Source: Camelus dromedarius (taxonomy: Eukaryota). Taken from it: a DNA stretch of 64,000 nucleotides. Position 1 is the stretch's first letter. Each line of letters opens with the position of its first letter. The position numbers and the translations under genes were made by a program. Location: the NCBI RefSeq assembly GCF_036321535.1, contig NC_087436.1, forward strand, positions 117,554,001 to 117,618,000. The letters run 5' to 3'. Under the pieces are notes generated by a model. The model was given only the letters and a program-made list of their open reading frames with translations, had not been told where the DNA came from and did no database searches. This document shows, piece after piece, positions 34,223 through 48,330 of this stretch.

Positions 34223-37200
34223 CTAACAGACAGAGAGAGGATACAATCAAAGGGCAGCAGCAAATGACCCCGTATGGCATCTGGGCGGGGCGCCAGGGAA
34301 GAACGAGGCTCCCAGAGGAGTGACGTTTAAGCTGAGATGTGAGGGATGAGGGGCACCCGGCCAGGCTAAGAGGTGAGAGAATGCTCCGGATAGTGGAACC
34401 AACACGTAAAAAAAGCTTCCTGCAGACCAGACAGGACCAGGCCAGGCCAGCGGAGGGTGAGGGGGGCCGAGAGCAGCGTCAGGGCCAGCGCACACGGGCC
34501 TGGAGGACAACGGGGCAGCTACCGAAGGCTGTCACACAGCACAGGGACACAATCAGATTCCCACACAAGCACCCCGGGAGCTGCATGGAGGGTGAGGTGG
34601 GGACACTGGGGACACTGGAGGCTCTGGAGACATATGTGCAGAGCTGTCTCGGGGGCCATTTTCCCCATGTTGACAGTCTTCAAAACTGAGTAAAAGAGCT
34701 TTTAGAAACTTTTCATTTCCCCTGATAGTAAGCTAAACAAACTCTAAAGTCACCGAACGAGTAAGGGTGCTCACTTTCAGTAACGCTGCACCCTGATGCT
34801 CAAAACACTGCAGTTACATCACTTTGCTTGTTTTTGTAACACGTGGGCAGGCGTGGCAGCATTACTATGAACGGTGACTACACTCTGGACACTACAGCTG
34901 AGACACAGCATCACAAAATACCAAGTTCGAAGGGACCTTAGATAATCATTCCATTTCGCCCCACCAGCCCCGGGAGCCGCCCGTCCTCATTCTGAGAATA
35001 AAATATCAAGTCCTATATTCCCAACCGCCAGCTGTGACCACACTTCCTGCCACGCACCCTCTTCACTTCACTTTGTCCCCCCTCCCCTGCTGTCCCGCGT
35101 CAGCCAGACGCCCGCGGGACCCGCTCCCGGCCTGACCCCTCTCGGTGCTGTGCCAGCTCCCGCCCTCAGTGATGCTTCGTGCCTGCGCCAGGGATCTTGT
35201 TGTCCTCTCTCAGCTCAAAGCCACCCCCAACACTCTGCTTTGTGATGGGAGGGCTGGGGCTCTCAAATCACACTGCTCCACCCCAACTATCTCTTCCTCA
35301 CCTGGCTACACTTTTCCTCTAAAATAATAACATCCATCTCCTCCCAGGAGAACACAAGCTTCATGAAAGCAGGGACTTTGTCTCATTCATTTCTGTTTCC
35401 CCAATATCTAAACTGCTGTCCGACGCACAGTAGGTATGCTAACAACTGGCTGAGCATGTAGAGTGCACCAGACACTGTTCTCAGTGCCTTACGTGTATCT
35501 CATTTACTTATTAATCCCCACGATTCATTCATTCAGTCACTAGTATACTAACTCCCGTATGCCAGGCACTGTGGCAGGGGCTGGGGGTTTAAAGTTAAGT
35601 GGGTTCTGCACCACAGAGGAGACCGGCACAGACACGAGGAGCACAAGGAACTGTGGTGGATGGTGCTGGTCTGGAAGCAGACAGTGGAACCCAAGCAGGG
35701 AGTGGTCAGTTCACGCAGGGGAGCTGCTGGTCAGGCAGAGAGGAACACTCTCCACACGGGAGACAGTGGGAGAAGACTTGCTCCAAATCCTCAACCTGCA
35801 GGGCATGGATGGAATGACCATATAATGTCTGACTGATGACAGGCCACATATGAGAGTGAAAGGGAAAACAGACGTAAACCAGGTGGTCCCTGCAGACAAG
35901 CATCCTAGCTGTGGACCTCTGGAATCTCGATTTATCTCAAGGGGCAGCATATCACATGCATACAGTCAGCGTTTCCGCACTGAATGTGTCTAGCTTATGT
36001 CTACACTATTTTTCAAAGGAATGCAGGTGGGATTATAAGTACACGTTTATTTAGAATTGCTACTGAATCTGCAATAGCTGTTTCTCCAGTATCAATAGGT
36101 TCCCCTAAATACAACAATCATACAAAATACAAATACGCCACTATCAGTCGGCAAGGAGTCCCTGCAGTGCAGAAGTTGGGGACTGCTGGCTGGTGTAGTC
36201 ACTGGAGGATTTTAAACAGGAGAATCTGCATTTTGCATGGGGTCCTCTGTGGTAGCTGGCCTGGAGGTGGATGAAATCAGACCCTAGTTAGGAGGGCACT
36301 GAGCATCCAGGCACCGATGAAGAGGTAAGGCCATGTTGGTGGGGAGAGGAGGCAGAGCAGATCTGAGCGAGAGCTCATGGGTCACAGGGGCTGCCTGGGT
36401 CGGGAGGTAAGTGCGGGGAAGCCTAGGACACAGAGCACAGAAGAGGGCCCGATGTGGAAGGAAAGATGGTAAGGTGTGGGGTTGAAGATGGCATGCAACG
36501 TTTAGGATACAACAGATGAGGAGACAGCAGCCTGAAGAAGGGGTCAAACTCGGACTCTTCTGTGACATTTGAAGAACAGCACAGCTATGTAATGGGCATT
36601 GAAACACATGCATCAAAAGTAATGAATGCTTGCCAATGACACAGCCCCAAATTAAGTCTCACGATAATACAATTATTACTGTTTTGAAAAGGTTAACCAT
36701 CTGGCAAATAATTCCAAAACGTATATTCTCATAGGACATGCATACATAACTTTCTCAAACTTTAATTTTATTCCCTTTATGATGTACAGAGGAATAATTT
36801 TATTACAGAACTCAATTTATCTAAATTTTAGATTCAATTAAAGGAGACTATTTAGGTATAGGCTTGGATTAGTCAATTTACTTCAGGGAGAAAGGAGGAA
36901 AAAAACCAGAGGAGTAAGTCTATTCAATGATTCAGAAATGGAAAGGAATCGGCTTTTAAAAATTATTTGGTTGATTAGTATGTTAAGAAAGGGCAAGTTC
37001 AAAATTATAAAATAGCACTGACATTCTGTTTATTAATTTAATATGCAACTAGATACTTCCTGAGAATAGAGAAGAATAATGTAAATTATTTTAGACTCCA
37101 TTCCAAAAGTTACTGCAAAGGCATGGATAAAAGTTGAAGACTACAATCTCATTTTTGCTATAAACATTAAATACGAGCAAGTATATGCCTTGCCCAAGGT

Positions 37201-37369
37201 ACATGTCTGTTAATGTCTGGGCTAAACACATGAACAAAATACAGACCCTGCTCTCAACAGACTGTATGACAACAGGTAACATCCACAGGTTTATGTACAT
37301 ACACATGGACACAGGTAACGGTTATAGAACACTCTCCATGCACGGACACCAACACTAATTCACTGTTTC

Positions 37370-37550
37370 AAGTACCTCACACATATTTACCCAGTTAATT
37401 ATCAAAATTTTATGAGGTGGGTACTGTTATAATTTCCATTTTATGCTCTGAGACACAGAGAGATTAAATCACTTGCCAAGGTCACACAGCTAATAATCAG
37501 CAGAGCAGGGATTTGAACCAAGGCTCCTGGCTGCATGCTCTGAACCACCT
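37370..37550 (-). mobile_element. MIR SINE
   Basis: tatgaggtgggtactgttat...cacagagagattaaatcacttgccaaggtcacacagctaataa...ggatttgaacc. Confidence 0.8.
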
Positions 37551-38959
37551 AAGGCAGCTCCTGTGTCATGAAAGGCAGGAGAGCTCAGAAGAGGGGGTGC
37601 TTATTCCCCACTAGCTAATCGGAAGGAAGGTGATCTACGAACTAAATCTTGAAAGGCGGGACGTGGCCATTGGGAGACGAGAGCAGAAACATAAGTGACA
37701 GGATGGAACCAGGGGAGAGGGAGCCTGCCTGGAAAAGCGCCGGAGGTTCAGTCTGGCTGAGCACAGGTCAGGCAGAAGTGATGGGTTCTTGGTGGGCCTC
37801 TGTGCTCGTCGAAGGTCTTTTATTCTGTAGCCAATGGAAGGGCAGAACGTGATGGAGATAAACGTGGCAACACCACGTTAGCTGGAACAGAGGGGGAAGA
37901 TCAGGTGACAGGTTGTCAAAAACAGGCAGAGAATCCTGCCTTCCTCATCACTGTACCCTTAGCACCATGCAACATAACATGTAGGTGCTAGTGATTTTCT
38001 GTTGAACTAAAATTTGAGATAGGAGCAATGGCAGAATGCGGGTGGTGGCAGGAGACTGAAAAGAGGCGATGGGTCTGAGATGTAAGAATCGTCAGGAACA
38101 GAAAAGATACTGGAGGCAAAGCACCATCAGACCCTGGGATCTGGGTCCTGGGTGAGCAAGAGATAATAACAGAAACAAAGACACAAGGAAGAGGAGAAAG
38201 AACTGGAAATATGAAGGAAAGGAACTGCTACTAACACTTGTCCTCACAATGCAATTTAAAAGGGCAGAAGTAACGTTCTTGAGACTAAATGTTCCATGAC
38301 TGACACTTTATTTTAAGAAAAGAAACCAGGGCAAATGGTCTTCTAACCATTTTGTGATAAAATCTAGAGAAGCTAAAGGAGATTTTTAAGTAATAAGATT
38401 GCTTTCTGAAGCTCCCTACTCTACGAAGGGAAAAGTCACTGTGACATACAGCAGTACAGTTACCAGCTCACCGTCCAGCTGAGTTTAGGATCAAGTGGGA
38501 ATCAAACAGACAGAGATCAAAATACTGGCTTTACACAATGATGAATGACAAGTGGCTCCCTAAGGGGGTGGCAACTACACTGCACCTCCCTGCTGCATCT
38601 GCTTTCCCGCAGTCCTAGATGGCTATTTCATGTCTTCTCCCTCCTCACGCCTCCAAGCTCTCCTTCCCCATCTGCAGCATCAGCTGTAACTGTGTTTTCT
38701 GAGAACGCCTCCAAGCTCTCCCCACCCCACCTCCCCACCTCACTTTCAAGGGGCCCACAGCCAATACTTTCTCTCCAGCGACAGAGGATAAAGTGCCCAC
38801 CTCCCAGCCACGCCCCCTCCACCTGGGCACTGGGTTGGTCCCAGCAATTCTTTCTCTCTCCTGCACCATCCACCCCAAAAGAATGAATACGTGAACACAG
38901 TGCCCAGATGTGTTTGGCACGCAGTGAACACTACACGTATTAGTTCCTTATAAAATCAA

Positions 38960-40510
38960 CTTTTCCCGTCTACGGAATCTTTCCTAGCCTCATACAATCT
39001 TGCTGTTATTTCTCCCAACTTAGAAAACAAAAAACAAAACCCTTCAAATCTGTATCTCCTACTAGCTACTGTCCAATTTCTCCCCACTTTTCAGCAAAAC
39101 TTCTCCAAGAAGCTTACACCCCAGGTTTCCACCTCCCTGACCATTCTCCCTTGACCCAATCCAAGCAGGCTTTTACCCTCATCGCTCCACTGTTACCCCC
39201 ACTCCCCAAGGTCACCGAGGACCCCCACAGGGCTCAGCCCTCCCCTCAGGTCCCTCCCTCCTCTGTCATCCCCAACAACACTCTCCGGTACCCCCTCCTG
39301 CCCCCATGGCTGCTTGTTTTCATGCTTCTTGTTGACACCTCTTACCCTCCCACCATATAACCACGGAGAGTTCATGGCTCAGTCCCTGAACTGCTTCACC
39401 ATCTACACTGCTCCCTTGGTGAGTCCGTCTAGGCTCGTGGCCCCCCCCCCCCCTTTTTTTTTTGGCAGTGCATATACCAGTTTTACACTGACAAGTTCCA
39501 GATTTATACCTTCAGCCTGGACCTCTCCTTGAACTTCAGACACATATATCTAACTGCTGGCTCACTGTCTCCATTCAGATGTTTAATCCGCGTTGCAAAT
39601 ATGCCCCACGCCAAGCTCCTGCCAGCTCCCCTCACCTGGGCTCCTGCCGCAGCCTCCCCACCTGTGCTGATGGCAACTTCCTTCCAGCCACTCAGGCCCC
39701 AGACCTGGAGTCATCCTGACACCCCTTTCCCTCCCAGCTCACATCTAATCCATCAACAAATCTTGTTGGCTCTACCTTCAAAATAGTTTCAGACTCTGAG
39801 CTCTTGTTGTCATCCTCTGCTGACCTCTCTGGTCCGGGCCCTTGATAACCCCCAACCCCAGGACTATAACCGTGGCCCCAGCTTGCGCGCTGCTTCTGCC
39901 TTGGCCCTCCTCAGTTTATTCCAGCACAACAGCCTCACTGACCCCGCTACAAAGTTAGTACAGATCCCTGCACAGACCTGCCAGTGCTTCCCACCTAGGG
40001 GTCAAAGCCGAGGCCCTTACAAGAGCTCCAATACCCTTTAGATGACCTATAAGATCTCACTCCTGCCCCCTCTCTGAGCTTGTCTTCCACTACCCTCACC
40101 TGCTCCCTCCTGCTCCAGCCACACTAGCCTCCTTGCTGTTCCCTGAACATTCTAGACATACTCCTCCATCAGGACTTTTACACTTGCTGGCTGTCTTCTT
40201 CTGGAATGTTCTTTCCCTGATTATCTATACACACTGAGCACTTCTTTTAGGTGTTTGCTCAATGTCCCCCTCTTAGTGAGGCTTCTCTAAGCTATCTTCA
40301 TAAACCTGCATCCTCCCTGACATTGTCTATTTCCCCTTCTCCCCTCCCCCAAAAGCATTTATCCTGCTCTAACAGTCTATATATTTCACTCATTTATTTT
40401 GTTTCTTGTCTATCTTCCCGCTAAAAATATAAGTTCCACGAAGGTGGGGACGTTTGATCCCTAGTGTATCCCCATCATCACGAGCAACACCAAACTTAGT
40501 AGACTGATAA
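38960..40510 (+). mobile_element. Long L2 (L2a-like) fragment with 3' end
   Basis: Many L2 motifs (cagcaaaacttctc, ccagcctggacctctc, gctctaccttcaaaata, ctccagccacactagcctccttgctgttcc) ending in an L2 tail; boundaries approximate. Confidence 0.8.
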
Positions 40511-43255
40511 ACCACTACATCAATAATCAAATACTGTGAAAGACCTCACTTAATGCATGAGGATGACCTGAACAGGCTCGATACACAGCTCCAACTGTGC
40601 TCCTTAACAGGTCCCTTCCCTCCTCCGCCCCCAAGACCTGCAGGCGCCCCCCTTCCAGAAGCTTCCCCAGAAAAGGTAAGGTGCAGATGGGCAGGGAATG
40701 CACCCATCCCGACGACAGAGCCTCCTCAGGAGAAGAGGCCTCTTCTCAGCGCCAACCATGAGGCCAGTCTCCTTCCTCCCCTGGTGTGGCACCTCCCCCC
40801 GCCCAGCCCCAGCACCCGCATTTTCTGGGGGAGAACTAGAAGGAGAGAAGGACGCCCACGGGTTCCTAGGGAGGGATGGTCCTCCCCTCGTGAAACCTGA
40901 AGAGACAGAAAGAGCAGGAGCCCCTATCCCCACTCTCCCCCGTGCCTTGGTTTCTTAACTACTTTGGTTTAACATGGTAACCCTAACAGAACGTACTCCG
41001 CCTGAGGTAGAAGACCCAAAGGAGAGGAGGAGGGGCCGGGCAAGCAGGCTTGATCCCTCCTCCCAACCCCCAGGCAGTGGAGGCGGGAGGAGTGTGAGAG
41101 GGCACAGAGTGGCCAGAGCCTTGTGCTGCCCCTAACAGAACCGTCTCACGGGAAATGGAGGCTAAAGGGGTCAGGGACACACCAGTAAGAAAGGTACGTG
41201 CTTTCAAGTGAATATGCGCCCCGTGGAGGGTGCAGGCCCATGAAAGACTAATTCCAAGAACATTAGATTAATGTCCTCCTACTCTATTTTGACTTAATGG
41301 AAACTCAGCTCAGTAAAATTGAAAAGGTCTAAAGGTTAATTTCATAAAACTGATTACTCAATTAAAAGGTGAGGTTCCTTTAGGATCCACTATATATTAA
41401 CCTTTAAATTGGACATTGACAGTATGATTATTCTATTAGTAACAACAACAGAAAGGAAGAAAGTTTTGCCCCTAAGTGGTATTGTTTTGTTGCCAGGATA
41501 CTGAGGAAAAGGTACATCCACCAGAAGTGGAGAAATTATTTTTAATTAAAATCATTCAAGAGATCCAGCCAGAGGCTACCTAGGTTGCACGCTGTTCTGC
41601 TCTAGTAAAATGCCATTATTAAAAAAAATTAAATGGGTCAATAAAGTCTGAGCTCGACGTTATGGAAAAAATTACAGCTTCCTAATTATGTCAAACTCAC
41701 ACAGACTTATGGGTCCAAAGGCATCATTTCTCTCAATTCCGCGATCATGCTCCCTCCAGACGTTCCCAAGAACAGGCCAAGGAAAGCACGTTCATTGGGA
41801 GGCAGAGCAGTAAAAAAAAAAAAAAAAGAAAGAAAGGCTTTAAACAGTCTCCCTTGGGGAGGGAGAACTTGATGGGAGAAGATAAGAGTGACCTTTCCCC
41901 ACCTGGAGAGAGTGTAGGCCCAGAGGGGAATGTTTATTCCCTAGTTTCAAGTTTCCCATGTGACACCTAACCTCCTTCAGCCTCCTGCGCCCTGCCCCTC
42001 CCCTGGGGAGCAGGGACTTCTCTGGTCGGCAGCCTGGCAGGAGGAACGGGCATTGGCATGAACACACGTCGAGCCAGGCTCCTTTCTCTCTGTCCTCTCC
42101 TCTGGGATCTGCTTACTGACACTGACAGCAGAACTTCTGCTCTGTTCCTCTCTCTCTCATGTGCCATAAGGGGCCTGCCCCTGCTCTCTGTGCTCCGGGG
42201 CAGTGACCGCTCAGTGGCAGTAACGGCTGAGTGCATCTGTCTAACTCAGGAGCCTTCAGCGTGGCCACCCACCCGCAGACCTAACCTCTGCCTGCCACCC
42301 TGGATTCATCTGTGATAAAAGTGAGAACACATCTGTCCCTGTCGGGCTGAGCTGACTCTGGCATCCTTCCTCTTTCTCTCCCTCCCTCCCACTTCTGGCA
42401 GGAAACAGAGGTGCTTTCTTTATCAAGTGACCAACTGCTGCAACTGCATCACAGGTCAAATGGGTTCCAAGTCAGTCACCATCCACCAAGGAACTTGCCT
42501 GTGCCAGGAACTCTCACACACATCTCATCTAATCCTCAGAAGAACACTATCTACATTTTATTTAAAAACAAACGAACAAAAAAACCAAGCACAAAGATGT
42601 GAAGTGAGCTGTACACACTGACATGATTAACACTTGGCAGAACTGAGACTAGAACTCGGGTGTGACTGACCCCAAAGCCCTGCTCTTTCAAAGGAACCAA
42701 AACAGGGGTAGGAGTAAAACTCAGAGCACACTGGTTGGCAATGAACTGCAACTGGGAAAATGAGTGCAAGGCTGAGTTTCTGTAATGGGGTGATGGACTG
42801 GTCAAGACTAAGAAAGCCTCAGCAGCTCGAGTTCTGCTGACGCCCCAGCCACATCGCCAGGAAGTGGCAGGGGGGGCTAGGCCCCGGGGGCCCTGGTCCT
42901 TGGTCCCAGCACGTGCCGCCAGGGCGGCTGGGAGAAGGGGAGGCACAGGCCAGCTGCCCGCTGTCCTGAGAGCAACAGGAGAGCAAACGGCTCAGAGCAG
43001 CCCACGCCGTGGCAGTCTGGGGACGCTGAAACAACGTGGGAGCTGAGCTGTGCTGTTCCTGGAGAAATGCCTTAATATTGGCATTAGAGTCAAAAGGTTA
43101 AAACCACTGCAAAGTGACAGCACAGCACCTGTTTTATATAATAATCTTCTTATAAATCCATTGCTTTTTTCCTGTCTGCACTGCATGTCAATCATGCTGT
43201 CCTGTTTGAGTCTCCTAACGAGCTGGCAAGTGATCGTCAGCCCCAGTGTTTACAG

Positions 43256-43467
43256 CAGGGCTTCTCACACTGTTTCTGGAAAGGGCCAGATAGCAAACAT
43301 ACGTGACCTGAGGGCCATGGAGCCCGTCACGGCCACTCCACCCTGCTATGGTGGCATAAAAGCAGCCACCGATGACATACAAATGAGTGGGCGTGGCGGT
43401 GTTCCAATCAACTTTATTTATAATAGACACCAAAATCTGAACTTTGTATAATTTTCTTACGTGGTAA

Positions 43468-43560
<93 letters not shown>

Positions 43561-43663
43561 TTTCCCCCAGCAGTTAAAAAATGTAAAAACTATTCTCAGC
43601 TCATAGGCTGTATAAAAACAGGCTGGGCTTGACCTGCTGGCTGTGACAGTTTGCTGATCCCTG
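43256..43663 (+). mobile_element. MER58B-like hAT MITE containing a microsatellite
   Basis: CAGGG...CCCTG termini; 8-bp TSD gtttacag / gtttagag (7/8); internal aaagggccagatag. Confidence 0.8.
43468..43560. repeat. Compound microsatellite (AAT)4(ATT)27
   Basis: Counted directly; uninterrupted. Confidence 0.97.
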
Positions 43664-44364
43664 GTTTAGAGGCAAACATAGCGTTTTACAGATTAAATGA
43701 CTTTCTTAGGTTCTCATGGCTAATAAGGGAACAGGGTGGCTTGAACTAAACCAACAGTTAAAGCATTCTCCCAGCTGGATACCTTCTCAAGGCAAAGGGA
43801 GGTTAGTAATGGATTCCCATGAAAGATCTCCACACCCACTTATTTAACCTCAGTTGTCATGTACTAGAGAAAGGAGCTGAACAGTATAATTTGGTGTGTC
43901 CTTAGGACTGATTATTTCAGAACTGCACAAACAGATTTGTAAAAAGAATGTTATTACAAAAAAAATTCACTCTGGACAATTTTTGGCCTCCAGGTCTTCA
44001 TTCTGACTAGATTAATGACTTCATATTGATTTTTGCATGTGTGTTGCTGTATTTAAAACATGATAATCTGCTGTTATATTGATAATCTTTCATTAAAGAT
44101 GTGAAATCACTTTTCAGACAAGTTATAGACATAAAGAGATGTTTTCAGTATATTCCTATAAATGCTAAAATCTTAAAGACTGTACTAAATAAGATTTGGA
44201 ATTTCTCACAAGGAAAACAAAACAAAGCAAAACAAAACAAGGAGCTGAAAACTGACAGACTCGTATCAGTTTTATTAAGTTTTCCAAAATGAGTGGAGCT
44301 TCCATTTTTATGAGCTATAAAATTGATATCTGATATACATACACACCTTCAGAAATAAAATTTA

Positions 44365-44381
44365 CACTGCCATCTAGTGTT
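44365..44381 (-). promoter_or_regulatory. CTCF-like motif (reverse)
   Basis: Minus strand AACACTAGATGGCAGTG; motif match only. Confidence 0.45.
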
Positions 44382-45316
44382 GATCAACTATTTTAACTGA
44401 GAACTTTAAGGTCTTGGTACTAAGCATTAGAATAATACTTCTAGTATGGAAATGAAATACACTTAAAAGTATAAAGTAGACAAAGTGGTAGAGATTACTT
44501 AAAATTCACCTGGAATATAATTATTTTTTCTGTTAGAGAACTTCTATGAAATATTTTCATTTTTGCATATATTGACAAAATTGTTTTAAAACCTGAGGAT
44601 TTCTTTTATATTCTCTACGATAAGAAGGCTTCTGAAGGGCTAAAATGCTTGTTTAATAAGACGAAATCCTAAAAAGATGCTTCTGAAGATGTTACCGCAT
44701 ACGTCCAACCCAACTTTTCCATTCATTTACACACTACGCTGAAGCCTGGCCCCACGGCAGAAGCACCGCACTAGAGACAGGTGCAGATGCCGGTCAGGGG
44801 AGAGCAGAAGGCAACATACCTGCACCGCAACATCCCTGTGCCTTTTGAGAACTGGCGTCTATTTCAGAAACCATTTTGAAAGGCTTGATCAAAACGCTTT
44901 TTCTCTTTTTAAAAACTGACCTAATAAAAACTTACACTACAGCAAGAGCTCTTGTCTCTCCAAAATGGCACCTTTACGTGACTTGTATTACCTCTTCATC
45001 TGCTCAGTGAGAATTTACTCGGTGAGAAACTGCCCCGTTCCTCTCTGCATGCTTCACAGCACACCTGGCGCACACCGAGACACTGCCTCAGGGGGGCATC
45101 AGAATGGGGGTGCTGCTGTGGGGACGTGGGTATGTTGAGGACGTGGGTGCAGCTGGCGGAGCTCCTTTTTGCTCTGCAGATATTTTTTCACTGCAAAACT
45201 GATCCTCTCCGTTACAACCCTGAGTTATTAAGTAAAAAGTGAGGACAAAAAGCTCAAAAGAAATACAGGTACGGAAAAGAACAGTCACCAAAATCATGAT
45301 ACAAAAATATACTTAC

Positions 45317-45384
45317 CTATAAGCATTAATATAATCTTTCCTGTGTTCCAGAAGAAAATCTCTCAGTTTGCCAATGTGCGAAAT
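45317..45384 (-). CDS. STX18: Syntaxin-18 exon 2: ISHIGKLRDFLLEHRKDYINAY(S)
   Basis: 68 nt; ttgtag|ATT ... AG|gtaagt. Exon 1 (MAVDIT...) not found in the window, so intron 1 runs past 64000. Confidence 0.96.
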
Positions 45385-47050
45385 CTACAATGAAAAGAAA
45401 GCGAACGGTTTATGTAAATAGCTATTTTACGCTCACATGTAACACATTTTAAACTAATAGAGAATGGAATGCATGGTAGAAAGATTCTGAAGCTACAAAC
45501 TGGACAACTCTGGTTTTAGACTCTGGCACAATCACGAGCTTGCTGGGCTTTGTCTCTTACTGATGGTTCCCTCCTCCTGTGTAACGGCTGTGATCTGTGA
45601 CCGGTGACGAGGAGCTCTCTAAGGAACTCTGAGATTCAATGGGACAGTGCAAATCTAGAAACCACCCAGCATGTGCTCAATAAAGGCCGATCCTTTTCCT
45701 TATGTGTCTTGTGCCTAAAACTTTATAGACATGTCTTCTTCCAAGGGTTCTAGGGGGTGGGTTCTAAGGTAGCTATCAAGTTTATCAACAGGGCCCATGT
45801 AGAGGAGCAGAATTAAATGAAAGATTCAAGAGCAACAATTTATCGCTGCACAGCAAATCTCCATCTCCCTACTTCCATGGGTGAACAAAACAGACACAGC
45901 AGTACAGAGGGACTAAGAAACAAATCAAATAAAAAGAAGTAGGAAGAAAACTAGGACAACAGGGACCAAAGTGTTTCCAGAAGGAGACAGTGATTGGCTA
46001 AGCTGGTGGCCTGCCCTGTCCTTTGACCATGGCTCACGCTAATTTCTCTCTAACGCCCTTTGTACTTACTCCAAAGAGATGGAGCCCCAGGCTTGAAGGA
46101 TCTGCTGAACTTCCATCTTTCTCATGATAGTTCTTCTGTCAAGGCCAACTCAGGCTAATTTTCACTTTGCTCTGAACTTAAAAGAACTTCTGCGTCCCAC
46201 CCACGTCCCCTGGCTTCACTGTGACACGCACACCTCTCTCTGTGGGGCTATGACCCACACGAGGAGGGCCGCACAGCCTCCTCGCAGCCCAAGCACACCA
46301 CGCAGCTCAGAGGTGTTAATACGAGTAAATGTCTAAGTACAAAGACAGTGTTCACACCAAAGAGATGTTCAGCATGTGTCTGGAGATAGGTCAGTAGGGG
46401 TTCAGTTAAATTTCCCAGAGTCTAGACTAATAACAAATACGGTTCAGAAAAGTACCCTCAGGCGTCTTAAGAGCATGAATCAAAGACAAAATTAAGTATG
46501 GCCACAATATTAATTTATGCACCAGACTAAAACAATGATTGAGAGTCTGCCAGACAGCCCTGGCTCTGCGGGTCCTTCCACATACACGACCCAGTTCTTT
46601 CCTGCGCCCTGCTGTGGGCACTGACGCCACTGCGCCCATCACCCAGCTTGGGAAGGTGAACCTCACCGAAGCCTAGTGAATGGTGCGGTTACAAGTTAGT
46701 GCCTGGTGGGGCTCAGGGTCAAGCTCGGCGTGTCTTCCACTGCGCCACAGTGGCCCTCCTCATGCTCTCATTCTTATTTTCCACTTATGCTGTATTTTAA
46801 AATCTGACTTTTAAGGTTGTTGAGGAAAAAATTTAAGAGATGTGCAAACAAGGTGTTTACTGTATCACATACAAGATTTAATCAAATTACTCTCAGTTTA
46901 ATACATTTCCCTGGCTTCTATCCCCTTCCCAACACCTGCCTGCAGGGGCTGCTGGGGCACAATGCACTGGGCAGGGGGAGTCTGGTTCTAAAACACACTG
47001 CAGCCAATTTGTTAAAATGAAGTGAAGTTTGGTCAGGGTTAAATGAAATT

Positions 47051-47188
47051 TTTGGGGGGGGGGGCGTAATTAGGCTTGTTTTTTTTTTGTTTATTTTTAA
47101 AAATTTTTAATGGAAGCACGGGGGATTGAACCCAGGACCTTGTGCATGCTAAGCATGTGCTCTACCACTTCAGCTATACCCTCCTCAC
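47051..47188 (-). mobile_element. Vic-1-type tRNA-derived SINE (camelid)
   Basis: Minus strand ggagggtatagctgaagtggtagagcacatgcttagcatgcacaaggtcctgggttcaatcccc (intact box B); TSD taaatgaaatt at 47040-47050 and 47189-47199. Confidence 0.85.
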
Positions 47189-48012
47189 TAAATGAAATTC
47201 TTGATAAATTAAGGTGTTAAGTAATTACTGACTTAATATCATCAGTTTAATAACTCAATACTTAATACAAGTACAATGTATAAAATATTTCAAATGCCAA
47301 GACTAAAAAGAAATAAATGAGCATTAATATTTCTGTAGGTATTTGACAGCTGTGAAATTATACTAGGTTCCCAAAACAAATACACGCAAAAAAATCACAA
47401 CAAATTAATAATAAAGAAAAAAAGTCACTATATCTTTATCTAAACAGACACACTTAAGTTCCCAAACAGCGTTATATGATAGAGTTAGCTTTGTAAAGAC
47501 TGATTTGACAGTTTAATCACATGACTACCGTCATCTTCGCAAAGATTCTTCGTCAAGCTTTGATCTGTTTACTGTTGTGCTCGGTCCTATTTTTGAGAAT
47601 AAACTGCCAAAGACAGCATATTATATTTCATACAAGACTGATATGCCCCTGAGGCTTTCAGATTTTTAGAGAGGCTGAATAGTTGTGTACTTTGGATTTT
47701 CAATGTTTCCACATATAGTGCCAATTTAAAAACAGTCACTTACACGGTAAGAATCATTTATATGTGTGTATCTAAAGAGAAAGCTTCTTACTTCTACAAG
47801 GAGAAAGGCCATTCCAGTGTCAAGTTTGACAAGGAAATCAGAGCAAAATGAAAGTACATTTGCCCCATCGAGATCTAAAACTAGTGTCTATTTCTTTCAG
47901 ACTTGATATCATCGAATGACATGGGAGTAGAGGGAGGGAAAAGGTGGGGTCTAGGAGGAGGAAGGATGGGGTCAATGGAAAAGTCTGTGGGACCAGGTCA
48001 GTGACAAGATCC

Positions 48013-48330
48013 AAGGACTTAATGGAGGAGGTAACATTAAAGCAGAAGGATGACCAGAGGCTCTGCAGGTAGCATGGGGCTGGAACTAAGAATGCTGGTT
48101 CAGGCAGAGGAAGAGCCATCACAGAGGCATAGAGCTGTGAAAATGGTGTGTGTCCCTCTTCTGACCAAGGCCATGAAGTGCCCCACAACATGGTTTAGCC
48201 TGGAAAGCATTCCCAGGGAGTGCTCCTCCTCTGCTGGAACAGCCTTCTTAATCCCAATCCCATGCTACCTGCAGAGCCCCTGCTCATCATTCCAGGTTCT
48301 GCTTAAATGTCACCTCCTCCAGGAAGCCTT
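48013..48330. repeat. Inverted repeat formed by head-to-head L2 fragments
   Basis: Arms at about 48013-48116 and 48222-48330; perfect 20-bp core 48059-48078 / 48259-48278. Confidence 0.85.
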
